DNA of 64,000 nt, from positions 124,001 through 188,000 of the forward strand of contig JALMLS010000385.1 in the NCBI GenBank assembly GCA_038496445.1. The letters are read 5' to 3'. Under the pieces are notes generated by a model. The model worked only from the letters and a program-made list of their open reading frames with translations, ran no database searches and was not told where the DNA came from. The position numbers and the translations under genes are program-made. Below are positions 53,620 to 64,000 of the stretch, in pieces. Source of the DNA: Trichosphaerium sp. ATCC 40318 (taxonomy: Eukaryota; Protista; Tubulinea). The first letter of the stretch is position 1; each line of letters starts with the position of its first letter.

Positions 53620-54164
53620 CAGGTCTGGCGCGCAACTTTGAGCCTCTTTTAGTAAAAGTGGCCTTTTTCAGGAAAAGTACTCCTTTTCTATTGAAATTTT
53701 CCGTTTTCGATAAATAAGGTTAGTTGTTATCCATATTTTGATCTCGATTTCTTGTTCATTACTTTGAGTATGTCGTTCTTATGGCATCAACCAGTACATA
53801 GCGTCCTTATATGTGAAAAAGAGGTAGTGGTTGGAAAGAAACTAAAACTGATGTAGTTCGAACGACTTACACAAAAACGGAAGACTGAGATTACGGTCGA
53901 ACGACTTCAGTTTTTTCGCTTGACTCGTTTTGAAAAAATTACGCAAAATTCACCTGAGAACCTAGAAAATAAGTAGAGAGTTTGTACCCAGCGGACTAAA
54001 ACTATTTTTTATTGAAAGACAATTTTGACATGAATCAGCATTTAAGCGAACGTTGTCAAACTGCTACTTTACCATCAATCCAAATTGCAACAAGCTTTCA
54101 TGCACAGCGCTTATAAAGAACATTTAAACCAGAGTTTTGAATATGTTATACCTCTTGAAGTATT

Positions 54165-54908
54165 CTACTGTACTAATGTACCATCTCTACGCCAAAACTT
54201 ATTCTCCCCCTTTTGTATTCCGTTTACAAAGTTTTTCTCTCTCTTCATATTACCTTTTCTATACCACTGTCGAAAGGTTCCATGTAGTTTACCTTTATAA
54301 TAATGACTTTTCTCATACACTGAACCAACAACATCTTTATATCCTTTAAACCACTCTGTGACCTCTCCTTCAAGTTCATTGTTTAAAAAGTAACATTGTT
54401 GACTTATGGAACCATTACTATAATATCTCTTTCTTTCTCCTTGCTTGGCACCATTAACATAGTTACAAACCTCTTTTGGTTTACCACTACTATGCCATAA
54501 GTTAAACTCTCCATGTCGTTTACCACTTACATAACAACATGTCTCACGCAATTGTCCATCAACCCACATATTATACTCTCCTTCTTGTTTACCATCAGCG
54601 TAGTGATACTGTTCCCTTTGTTGACCATTACTATACCAACAGTTTCGTTCTCCATCAAGTTTACCATGTGTATAAGTACATTGTTCTGTTATTTGACCTG
54701 TTTTGCTTTGTTTAATCCATTTACCGTGCCTTTTCATGTCTACGTCAAACTTCGTTGTTGTTGCTGTGTGTTTAGATAGGAGAGACCATTTTGTTTTAAC
54801 GTTGTAGTCTAGATCGATAATATCAAGGTGTAATTCCAATGGGAGGTTTAGGATTAGCGCGGGAAGCTGTGTTTCAGAGGAACAAGTTTGTTTTAATGTA
54901 GTCATCAC
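54165..54908 (-). CDS. F-box + MORN-variant repeat protein; intronless
   Basis: ILNLPLELHLDIIDL..KWSLLSK..TKFD..MKRHGKW, then GExxxWYSNG repeats. Confidence 0.88.
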   Translation of the reverse strand: MMTTLKQTCSSETQLPALILNLPLELHLDIIDLDYNVKTKWSLLSKHTATTTKFDVDMKRHGKWIKQSKTGQITEQCTYTHGKLDGERNCWYSNGQQREQYHYADGKQEGEYNMWVDGQLRETCCYVSGKRHGEFNLWHSSGKPKEVCNYVNGAKQGERKRYYSNGSISQQCYFLNNELEGEVTEWFKGYKDVVGSVYEKSHYYKGKLHGTFRQWYRKGNMKREKNFVNGIQKGENKFWRRDGTLVQ

Positions 54909-55449
54909 GAAACAATGGAGTTACGTAGCCCACGCGCGTAGTGCTTCAGTAAAAACGTTAACCGAGACCGAACTGGTGGTAATTAATGAGATATGCTTGT
55001 AAATACGATACTCCTACTCTTGTGTTCCTAGAGAAACGGTTTAGCTACCTACAAATAAAAAATAACAATTTCTTGCTGTTCGGCATTCGGTTTTATTTCA
55101 TAGCGCTTACGTTTAAAAACACGGCAGTGTCTATGTATTATTTCTCTTTTATTTGTATCGTTATTAGCTCGCGTGATTACGTGAAGAAATGGTTAACAAA
55201 AAAAAAAGAAAAACGCGGACTTAGTGCTGGAAATCACGCTGAAGAAACGATTTCCTTCTTATCAGCTTCTACACAAACCGACGTGACTCATTGTATGCCT
55301 AAAAACGAGTTAGTGTGCTCCCTTTTTGTAACAGTATCTATTTTGTTTTTGATCAAAGCTGTGAACTATTTTGATTTCAAAAACGAATTAAAAACGCTTT
55401 GTCGGGCAGGTTAAATACACAAAACGCATGTAAACGAAGCAAAACTGAT

Positions 55450-55531
55450 CGACAGATGCGAGATTTGAACTCGCGCGTGACTAGCACATCCGGTTAGCAG
55501 CCGAACCCCTTAACCACTCGGGCAACCTGTC
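55450..55531 (-). tRNA. tRNA-Ser (GCT)
   Basis: GACAGGTTGCCCGAGTGGTTAAGGGGTTCGGCT-GCT-AACCGGA, long variable arm, GTTCAAATC, G discriminator, TTTT terminator. Confidence 0.93.
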
Positions 55532-55804
55532 TTGTTCTTGTCAAATAAACACCAAGAAAATAATCCGCTCAACAAGGCTATAACGCAGGCCGTTGTAACC
55601 ACTCACAAACCATAGCAGAAGCCTCATAGATACACTAAGAAACGTTTCAAAAAAAATACGTACAAGATTTTATGCGGTTTGTGTAAGATTCAGTCTTCCA
55701 GGTTTGTACGGAAATTTATATCACCGAAAACATGCGCTTTCAGCTCGTGCAGTTCATGTAGAAATAATTAAGGTCATTTTGGAGGGTATCAATGAGATTT
55801 AGGT

Positions 55805-57083
55805 TTATAAACACTTGTTTGTCAAATCTCTAATTTCTCTATTTTTTCTGCTATTTTATCTGGGTTTTCGATAATGTTACCCATACTATCTAGTACTACT
55901 TCTTCCTCAGATTCAAACTCATCACTGAGGTCATCGAGGCTATATTGTAGAAGATATTTAGTAACTCGCTTTATATTTTTGAACCTTTAAAAGGATGCGT
56001 ACCTGTCATAGTTGGGATTTCCATTGGTTTCCCACATATTTTCGTCATTCATTGCTTCTCGTTCTTCATCTTCTTTTCTTAATTGCTCTAGCCAGTCTGT
56101 TTGTACTTTTATAACTCCCGCACTATCTTCACAATCTGCATAGGCGTCAAGTAAGGCTCTAGAGTTTAAGTAAGTAAGCAGAGCCATTTGTTAAAATTAT
56201 GAAAAAACATTCAAAAATAATGTAATAAAGAAGCTCCAAAATACATGCTTGACGGTCAGTAATGTTTATATTAACGTATAAAACAATGTAATGGCATTAA
56301 GGGTTTAATCAAAAGAAAAACCAGACATAGTAGTGAACTACAATCGCAGTAATGCTAAAATGTCACGTACCCATTAAGTGTGTAAAATGCATGTCCCCAT
56401 TTGAATGTATCTAATAGTTGTATTGCCTCTTCTTTAAGACCAACAATCCATAGAGTAGCAGCAAAAGCTTCAACACATGATAGTTTCATTGGTTTTCCAT
56501 AATTAACTGTATTGGCAGCGATGAGAAACGGCACTACAAGGAAGTGCTGTAAGCGCATTTATGTCGTTGGTTTTTTTTTTTTTGAATTTGTGACACGTAC
56601 GCAATCTCTCGTCGCCTCTGCACTTCTTCAAGCTAGTATCTGTGACTAGGTTCCAAGAGCAGTCTATAACCGCAATTCCTCGCTCCTGAACGAGTTCTAA
56701 ATCTTGTGGCGAAACTGTTTTTTTACCCTTTGGGCTGTAGTTTCTCGTTAGTGTCGAGGCGTAGTAGACCATTTTTACCTAAGAATAAGACCAGGAAACG
56801 TAGTATTTAGCGAAATTGATTTACAATAGCCTCCACGACAGAGTTTACGCCCAGTACATCGTTTAATGTCGCATTGTTTAAAATCCTGTGTACAATTAAA
56901 AAAAAGGCGAGAAATGTAACAATTACATACCCACATCGCAAGCCGTATTGGAAATTTAGCCTTTTCGTGCGCGTCGCGATCTCTAAAAGACATTTTAGAA
57001 ATGAGGCGTCAATTGACATTGTACTTGTTCCTACGACCACGGCCTTTAGGTTGCCTTCCCATTCGTGTATTTTTATACGCCAT
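55805..57083 (-). CDS. TSR3: 18S rRNA aminocarboxypropyltransferase; multi-exon
   Basis: [64 protein letters not shown]. Confidence 0.95.
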
Positions 57084-57403
57084 CGTGCCAGTATCAGAAG
57101 TGTAATTACAGAACCTACCTTAAGAAAATACTAGACTGCCTTTTAACTACTGTGTACTCATTTCCGTCACGTAGCAGCCTTGTGACACAGGTATAGGCTA
57201 TGGTAAGCTACTTCTTACAAGGCTGTATCCCTCGTGCGTGATTACTAAACACGTGAATAGAGAGTGCGTTAAAGACGCCAACACGTGCCATGTGAGCAAA
57301 TACGCCTAGTGCCGTATTTGGCTGCAAAAATTGTTTGGCTTGGAATTAGCGCTGAGAAAAACTAACCTATTTATTGTGACAAACATGTAACGTTTAAGCA
57401 GCA

Positions 57404-60400
57404 CTACTTTGAGAGAACCAACACATATTTTGGTAAAGCTTGTGTTTCTTGAAAGATGACAAGCTCATCATATACTTCTCCATCATATCCCGAGCGTATA
57501 GGCATACCAAAGTCAGAACGAGATCCTTTCACTTAAACAAGGGATTATGATTGGTTAAAAAAACAAGAGCATTACCCAAGGTGTAATGACTCTGATAACC
57601 GGGTTGACAAGGCTTCCCCAGTAGTGATCCATTCTTTGTAGGGTTTTCTACCACAGGGTACACGTTTCCAGGTATCACAAAGCTTTAAACAGTTGTTAGA
57701 AACTGATGGAGTACTATGTTACATACCTGAGAATGAGATAAATGTTGCCATTCGAGTTCGGTTTGCAGTAGCTCTTTACATACTAACAATCAACAGTTAC
57801 AGCGAAAAACCATTATTATATTTTGTACCTTTACTGAGGATGAAAAGTACATACCCATCCCTTCATGAGTGTTAGTGTTAAAAAAATACATGTGGGGAAA
57901 AAAGAAGATAACACTTTTTACCATAGTATCCTTTATCACGTTTGGCAACTGTTGAGAATCCTAGGTAATGTTGTTAACTATAACTTCTTAATCCATAGCT
58001 GATATGATGTCACCTGTTTGTACAATCTTCCATACATCAGATGAGTTTGTTCCATGAACAAGCGGGACAGTGGGTACCTGTAAAAAAACTTGATTAGACA
58101 CTAGATCAAGAAAAAAAAACTCATACAATAGAAGTATCATTAAACAGAAAAGTCTTGACATAGGCATTGAATCTATACATTGTATCTGCACGTTCTCGTT
58201 GAAATATTGGTTTATCTTTCCAATCAGCAACATTAAACGTGGATGGATTGGATCTCCATTGTTCAAACAGTTTATCTAAATATGAACACATTACTTCATT
58301 ATTGCCTTTTTGCTCAGCCTACCTCTGTAGAACTGAAAAGAATTTTGATGAGGTGTTTTGAATGCCGTAGATCTTGACAATATCTGAAACTGAACCACCA
58401 AGCTTTGAGAAGAGCTGCTCTGCCTTTTTGTATTCCGCTAAAAAAAAAGTTACTGCTTATGCTCTTGACACTTGCTGTACACATTGTTGGAACAAGTGAT
58501 ATTGAAGAGTATGGTGCAACTGCAGTTCCTTGAAGTTTCCACAACGGATCAGAAATGAACGATGAAGGAAAAGCCCATGGCTTGATGTGAGTGAAGGTAT
58601 CTTGAGGTGATTGAATATCTGAAAGTACAACTTTAAACTTTGGTTTAGGGGGTAAACTAAACTAATTAGAATCAACAGAAAACGTGATCTAAAGAGCATA
58701 CGTGTTGATAGAAGAAAACGCAATGTACTCTGAAAATTCATAGTCCCATGATGTAACACTCAAAGCACACTGCAGTTGAAGCCTCTTTTGAAGTGCCAAA
58801 ATGAGATCATCTTTTGTTGTCACAAAAGCATCCATCTTTTCTTTTTTGCCATTGAAGTCATAAACAAATGTTAAATCAATTGGGTCTCTTTTGGGGATGT
58901 GAAGCGTTGCCTTCCATGTCACAATATCTATTTTAAAACATTCTCCGTCATGAGTCTTGAAAACAAGACCATTGTTTGTCCAATTAGGAACGGTGGCAAA
59001 GTCATGCCAGTACCCTTTCTTTTTGATTGATCCATTGGTTATTACAGCACTACTGTATTTACCTTTGTATCCATTACCATTAGATAGAAGAACTTCACAC
59101 TCGGCAGTTGTTATTCTTGATAGGAAGCTCAAACTGAGGCTTTCCAAATTCATGCGAACAGTTTCCTGTTTGATGAGTTACTAACACCCAAAGTTAATAC
59201 ATGCTTACCTATAAATTTGTCCCCATTAGCACGTGTAAGCTCTTTGAATTCTTTTCCATGTTGCGAGGTGACTAAAGTACAATTAGGCCATTGCAAGAAA
59301 TAACTGAAACAACCTTTCAGCACATCTCCGTTGTTATATGAAAAAACATATAAGCTATTAAATAGCGTGTCATCTACCCATTCTCCTTCAGTCTTTCCTC
59401 CATTCTTATGATCTATAGTTCCTTTCCCGTGTTTGCAAGATCCTTTCATCGTACCTGTATATACTAAACTTAAGGTATGTTAACATCGATGTAAAGAGCA
59501 TACCCTTGTACACATCACCATTGCCATACGATACACAACCAGTGCCTTCAGTAAATACATCATCGTGCCATATTCCATCAATTCTATTGCCGGTTGAAGA
59601 CACAAGGACACCTTTGCCGCATCTGAACTGTCCATGTATCTCACCTTTTTAATGTTAACAGCCATACAAAGCAATCAGTTACCTGTGTACACAGCAGTAC
59701 CACCTGTGTAAATGAACAAACTACCATCCGTTTGAGACTTATCACCATAGTATGATATTCTGCCAGTGCCAGAAACAAACTTCCCTTTTTCCCACTGACC
59801 TTCTTGTCTGTCTCCATTTTTGAAGATAAGCACACCTTTCCCATGCTCCTTGTAATTTGCGATTTCTCCTTAATGAGTACTAAGCATTCATAAAGTAATA
59901 AGACTTTTTTCTTTTCCAAAAAAATATTTGATTATCAGTGTAGACAGCATGAGAATAAGGGATTACACCTTTGCCCGATATGAACTTATCATATTCCCAT
60001 GAACCGTCTAATATTTTACCGTCTTCTCCTTTAAATACGCCATACCCATGCCTACTGTCACTGAGTAGGTCTCCTTTCAAAAAGTGAATGCGACATTCTA
60101 CAAGTCTAAATACAAACATACCATTGTATTCTCCAAAAGCTGTTTTTCTGTATCTTTTCTCAAATGCATGGCGTTTACCAGAATGAAAGCGTATGAGCCC
60201 TCTTTCAGGCTCTCCATTATGATGATCAGAACGAAAATAGTGACATTCCCCATCTTTGACAGTAACTTAAACAAATACATTAGCTCCTCACAAACAATCT
60301 ATAATCTTACAAGAACTTCCAAAGATATCAAATTTAACAGTGCCATCACAATTGTAAAGAATATCGTTTCTCCATTCTCCTTGTATTTCAACACGTGGTT

Positions 60401-61491
60401 TGTATACAGTAAATTTCCCAAATCCATGCTTTGAGAAGAGAGAGTTGTATTCTCTAAATTCTCCTACGGAAAAGAATAAGATAGATTTTAACTTTTTAAT
60501 TGTGTCGTGAGTACCTTCATATCTCCCATATTCTCCTTCTCTTACGCCTTTGTAAACTATGTCTTTACCCTCATATCTATCAAATACGATTGTATTTTCT
60601 CTATCGGTGAAAAATTCTCCTTGCTGGATATCAGGCATTCCATCTTTATAAACTCCTATTTCAAATATTTAAAAAACATAATTCAAGTTGCCGACAGTAC
60701 ACACCACAAAAAGTAGTTCCATAAATTTCAAACAACCCTTTTCCTTCCCATAAGTTACCTTCCCTCCATACACCGACACATTGCCTTCCATCTTTAAGTA
60801 GAAGAGTTCCTTTGCCATGAAACTTCCCATCCTTAAATTCTCCTTTACAAAAAAGTTAGTCACAAATATTTGTCACGGACTATATGCATACCTGTATAAC
60901 TTACTCGATCAATATTTTGGCATTCATTGCATCCTTTCTTATTACATCTTGTCCATTTTCCTGCTCTGAAGGTCTTGCTATCACCAAATACATTATGTTG
61001 ATAAACTAGTATGCTGTTTCCATTGAAATCTAGACCTGAGAGTTCACCAGTGTACACTGAGTTTGCATCAAGTACAGTTGCTTCCTTGCAATGACCCTCA
61101 ATCCATTCACCTTCATAAGATGTTGGGTATTTATCCGAATCATTTCTAAATAGTACCAGGTAACCCTTTCCACGTTGAAGGGCAACGGTCGTTACCGTTA
61201 GAAAACTCGCCTTTGAACGAGGTTTGAGAGTTGATAGAAAGTTCCCCGTGACCGTGCAGTTTTCCATGATCAAAAGAACCCTTGTACCGTATGCGTACAC
61301 GCTTAAAGCAGCTGTATTTATACATACCCAGCCCATGAGCGTATTTCTGTATGATGGTTGAATCACGTTTTTTTTCTTCGTAAACGGGACCAAAATACGA
61401 TCCACCGTACAAATCACTCACCACAGACCTAAGTGGCTGTTATCGCAAAAATTTAATGCTAAAACATGCCGATTTACCCCTTGTTTCCCAT
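57404..61491 (-). pseudogene. MORN-repeat + PARP-like ADP-ribosyltransferase gene, probably recently disabled
   Basis: Starts MGNKGS; many MORN repeats; C-terminal LVHGT..GFSTVAKRDKGYYGMGMYF..PGNVYPV..PGYQSHY..YDELVIFQETQALPKY (H-Y-E). Lesions: 10-nt insertion at 61184-61193, AT donor at 59935, and a probable frameshift near 59105. Confidence 0.75.
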
Positions 61492-62062
61492 AGTAGCTTG
61501 GTTGATCCTCCTTCCAGTGATGTTATTAAATAATTAATTTACACTATACTTTGGCTTCTCAAGCAGTGTACTTGACTTCTCAACAAATACTCACTAACTC
61601 TAAAGTGAGCATTACTTAACGGTAACTGAGTTCCTGCAGTTAAGGCGGATTTCAATTTAGCCAGAATCTATGAGTACACTTTTAGTCTCAGCGTATTTTG
61701 TGCCGCTTACGACAACGCAAAAATTAGTACTTGATTTCTCCTTTTGGCAATGGCTAACGAAAAGGACAAGGATAAGGCCACGCAGTAATTATCGAGCACC
61801 AGTGTAAAAATGTATGTTGTAACTGCCTCTACTACGGCACAAGAAAGAACATAGAGCTTCAATGTCCTTTATTTTAATAACTCATTCCATAGTCGCTAGG
61901 AACGAGCTTTTAACTCATACCAAATATTTAGCATGATAAAAACAGGATTAATATTTTCAAAGTTTATTCGTTTTTTGTGTACAAACAAAACACGTGAGCA
62001 TCACGTGTGGTAAGTAATAATTCAATATGATATTTAAAAGTAGGAGCGTTATCCATGATAGT

Positions 62063-63154
62063 CTAAAACATAGGCTTTCCCTTCCAAGCGCGGAAAACAG
62101 CAACAACGTGGATTTTTTTAATCTTCCAAAAGTAAGTCTCATCAGCCAACCAGTTTATATACTTGAACCTCGTAGCAGCTTTTAAATCAGGTTTAGGTAC
62201 TGGTTTTAATAAACCAAATAGCCTTATTGATTTTCTGCCTATAGAAGTCTTTGCAGCTAATTCTGCAGCTCTCTGTGCAACTCCGCCAAAAACTCTTTGT
62301 GCAGCGTTTCCCGCTGCTTGTCCTCTTGATGCAGCGTTGCCTATGGCTGTTACAGCCTTGCTTGGCATGGCTGCTTTGATCATAGCGAATCTAGTCCCTG
62401 GTGGGACACGTATCATCTGAATCATTATATCCTTCATCCTGATAGCTCCCCCAAACAACGCTCGCGCTTGTGTGAGCACTATTTGAGCATTTTTTGGCAA
62501 CTTGGAGAAAAAGTATACACCGGCTTTTCCAAGTCCTGTTACAGCGATACGAAAGAATACTCTCGATACTGCTGCAATTACAGTACCCATAATTTTGATC
62601 GGAACTTTGAGCAATTGACCCAAAAAGCCGAGAATAGGCTTCGCAATAGGAGCAGCGATTGCTTTAATACCTGCTGTAAGACCAATTCTAGCAGCAACGC
62701 GGAGAACAGGCAGCACACCCATTGTCATAGCCGTTTCCGCTATAAGCTCTGATACATGATCTCTAGGCGCCTCTCCAGTCCATTTGCATGTGCATTGGCT
62801 GTTCGTGCACAATAGAATTTGATACTTCGCGCAACGCGGTTTGCACAAGTTCTTACCGCATTGAACTGCTTTGTTGTTGTTTTTACCAGCAGCAGTTATA
62901 CAGCTTGTTAATTTAGGTCTAGAGCATACAGAGGAGTACCCTGTTACTAGGTAACGCTTACAGTACACTTGAATACAAGAAGCCTGGTTGTTGCGTCCCT
63001 GAAACTTCATTTTCTTCAAGCAATACATAAAGTCTTGCGGTTCGCATGTAATGTAGTCTTCGTGGTATCTAAACGCTTGGACTTCTTCTCCTGCTTCTGC
63101 TACTGTAATGTATAGTAACGCAATGCATGCTACGAGTAGCAACAAATGTTGCAT
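62063..63154 (-). CDS. Secreted protein: Cys-rich N-terminal domain + long cationic amphipathic region; intronless
   Basis: 363-aa ORF with a signal peptide, 12 Cys in the first about 125 residues, then an Ala/Gly/Lys/Arg/Ile-rich region almost free of acidic residues. Confidence 0.8.
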   Translation of the reverse strand: MQHLLLLVACIALLYITVAEAGEEVQAFRYHEDYITCEPQDFMYCLKKMKFQGRNNQASCIQVYCKRYLVTGYSSVCSRPKLTSCITAAGKNNNKAVQCGKNLCKPRCAKYQILLCTNSQCTCKWTGEAPRDHVSELIAETAMTMGVLPVLRVAARIGLTAGIKAIAAPIAKPILGFLGQLLKVPIKIMGTVIAAVSRVFFRIAVTGLGKAGVYFFSKLPKNAQIVLTQARALFGGAIRMKDIMIQMIRVPPGTRFAMIKAAMPSKAVTAIGNAASRGQAAGNAAQRVFGGVAQRAAELAAKTSIGRKSIRLFGLLKPVPKPDLKAATRFKYINWLADETYFWKIKKIHVVAVFRAWKGKPMF

Positions 63155-64000
63155 GTAGACTGAGCTGGTTGTGGTTCAAATGCTGTTTAATACTTTATGA
63201 ACCTTTTTTGGAAGTTATCGACTATTTGGTAAAGAACAGTCAAACCAGCTAACAGCTGTAGTTCTGTTACCAGTGATAGAGAAACGTAGGTACAACACCT
63301 TGAGAAGTACACTATGAAAACGACACGTCAACAGCTTTCCGATGGAGAGAAACGCCTTTTCTCCTCTCCAACGAAAGCATCATATACGCGTAGTGTTCAT
63401 AAATGAAAAGAAAATCTACAGGACAACGTGGTACAGAAGTTTTGGACAGTGACCGTAAGAAAGATCAACAGTGTTAGTTAGTTGTTAACGACATCAATTA
63501 GAACAAGAACGAGTCATAAACAGGTTTGAACGGGGTAATAATACAGTTAATTTTTCTTTTGCCGTACGCTTCTTCCTACACATATCCCTACGCGTAAAAA
63601 CATATTCTAGGCCGTTTTTGCGCTTCTAGCTATTTTACTAGCAGCAGGAAAATTATACAGCATATATGACCTGGTAAAAACCTATACTATGCTTGAATAA
63701 AGCGTTTACAAATTATTCTAGGTGACAGGTAAGTTTGACAACACGTACACCCTTTACCTAACAAACGCTATGTCAACGAACGTACGTGTACGCCTCGGCA
63801 TTCAAAAAAATAACAGGCCGCTTGTAAGTTATTTTATGCGTGCTTATTGTTTGTAGCTGGTTGTACTTTCTGAAAGCTTGTCAAGCGCTTCTTTTATACT
63901 TGCAGCTATTTATACAATGCAAGTGAGCATTTCAGGATGTAAATGGGCAACAAACAGGATGATGCAAGCTCTTATTCTGGTAAATGTTATTCCTATTATT

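Noticed and set aside
14573-54908. Endogenous giant-virus insertion or bacterial YwqK toxin-antitoxin modules
   Set aside because: No viral hallmark genes or toxin partners are present, and the genes are interleaved with intron-rich host genes. Only gene-level ancestry remains possible.
42237-55531. F-box genes lying 0.5-0.7 kb downstream of tRNA genes, suggesting tRNA-targeted insertion
   Set aside because: Only two of nine loci show this, and one has a host exon in between, so it is compatible with chance.
34993-62434. Other RTATCCTT matches as further U12 donors
   Set aside because: They fall inside continuous coding frames or on the non-coding strand.

Overview
AT-rich (roughly one-third GC), gene-dense eukaryotic nuclear DNA with many short spliceosomal introns and the standard genetic code. 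Gene content suggests a free-living protist, probably an amoebozoan (inference). The ORF track breaks most genes into pieces, so the gene models here were spliced by eye. Intron-rich conserved genes: annexin, GCN5, nicalin, a TALE homeobox gene, gamma-tubulin, an RBR-like E3 ligase, an aspartic protease, a DOMON copper monooxygenase, GST and TSR3, plus three tRNAs. Between them lies a rapidly turning-over layer: nine almost intronless F-box loci (five F-box+LRR, three F-box+MORN-variant, one relic), two decaying PARP-like ADP-ribosyltransferase genes, a MORN-SAM gene, a C-type lectin and several secreted orphans. The main signals are: (1) the dispersed F-box repertoire, including a 63-bp-repeat LRR gene whose variation is concentrated at three positions per repeat; (2) about 10-fold over-representation of the palindrome CACGTG in exons, introns and spacers; (3) a U12-type intron with AT-AA termini in nicalin; (4) identical inverted tRNA-Cys copies, one inside an intron; (5) a secreted protein with a long cationic amphipathic region. 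Splice junctions and counts are manual and need RNA-seq or computational confirmation.
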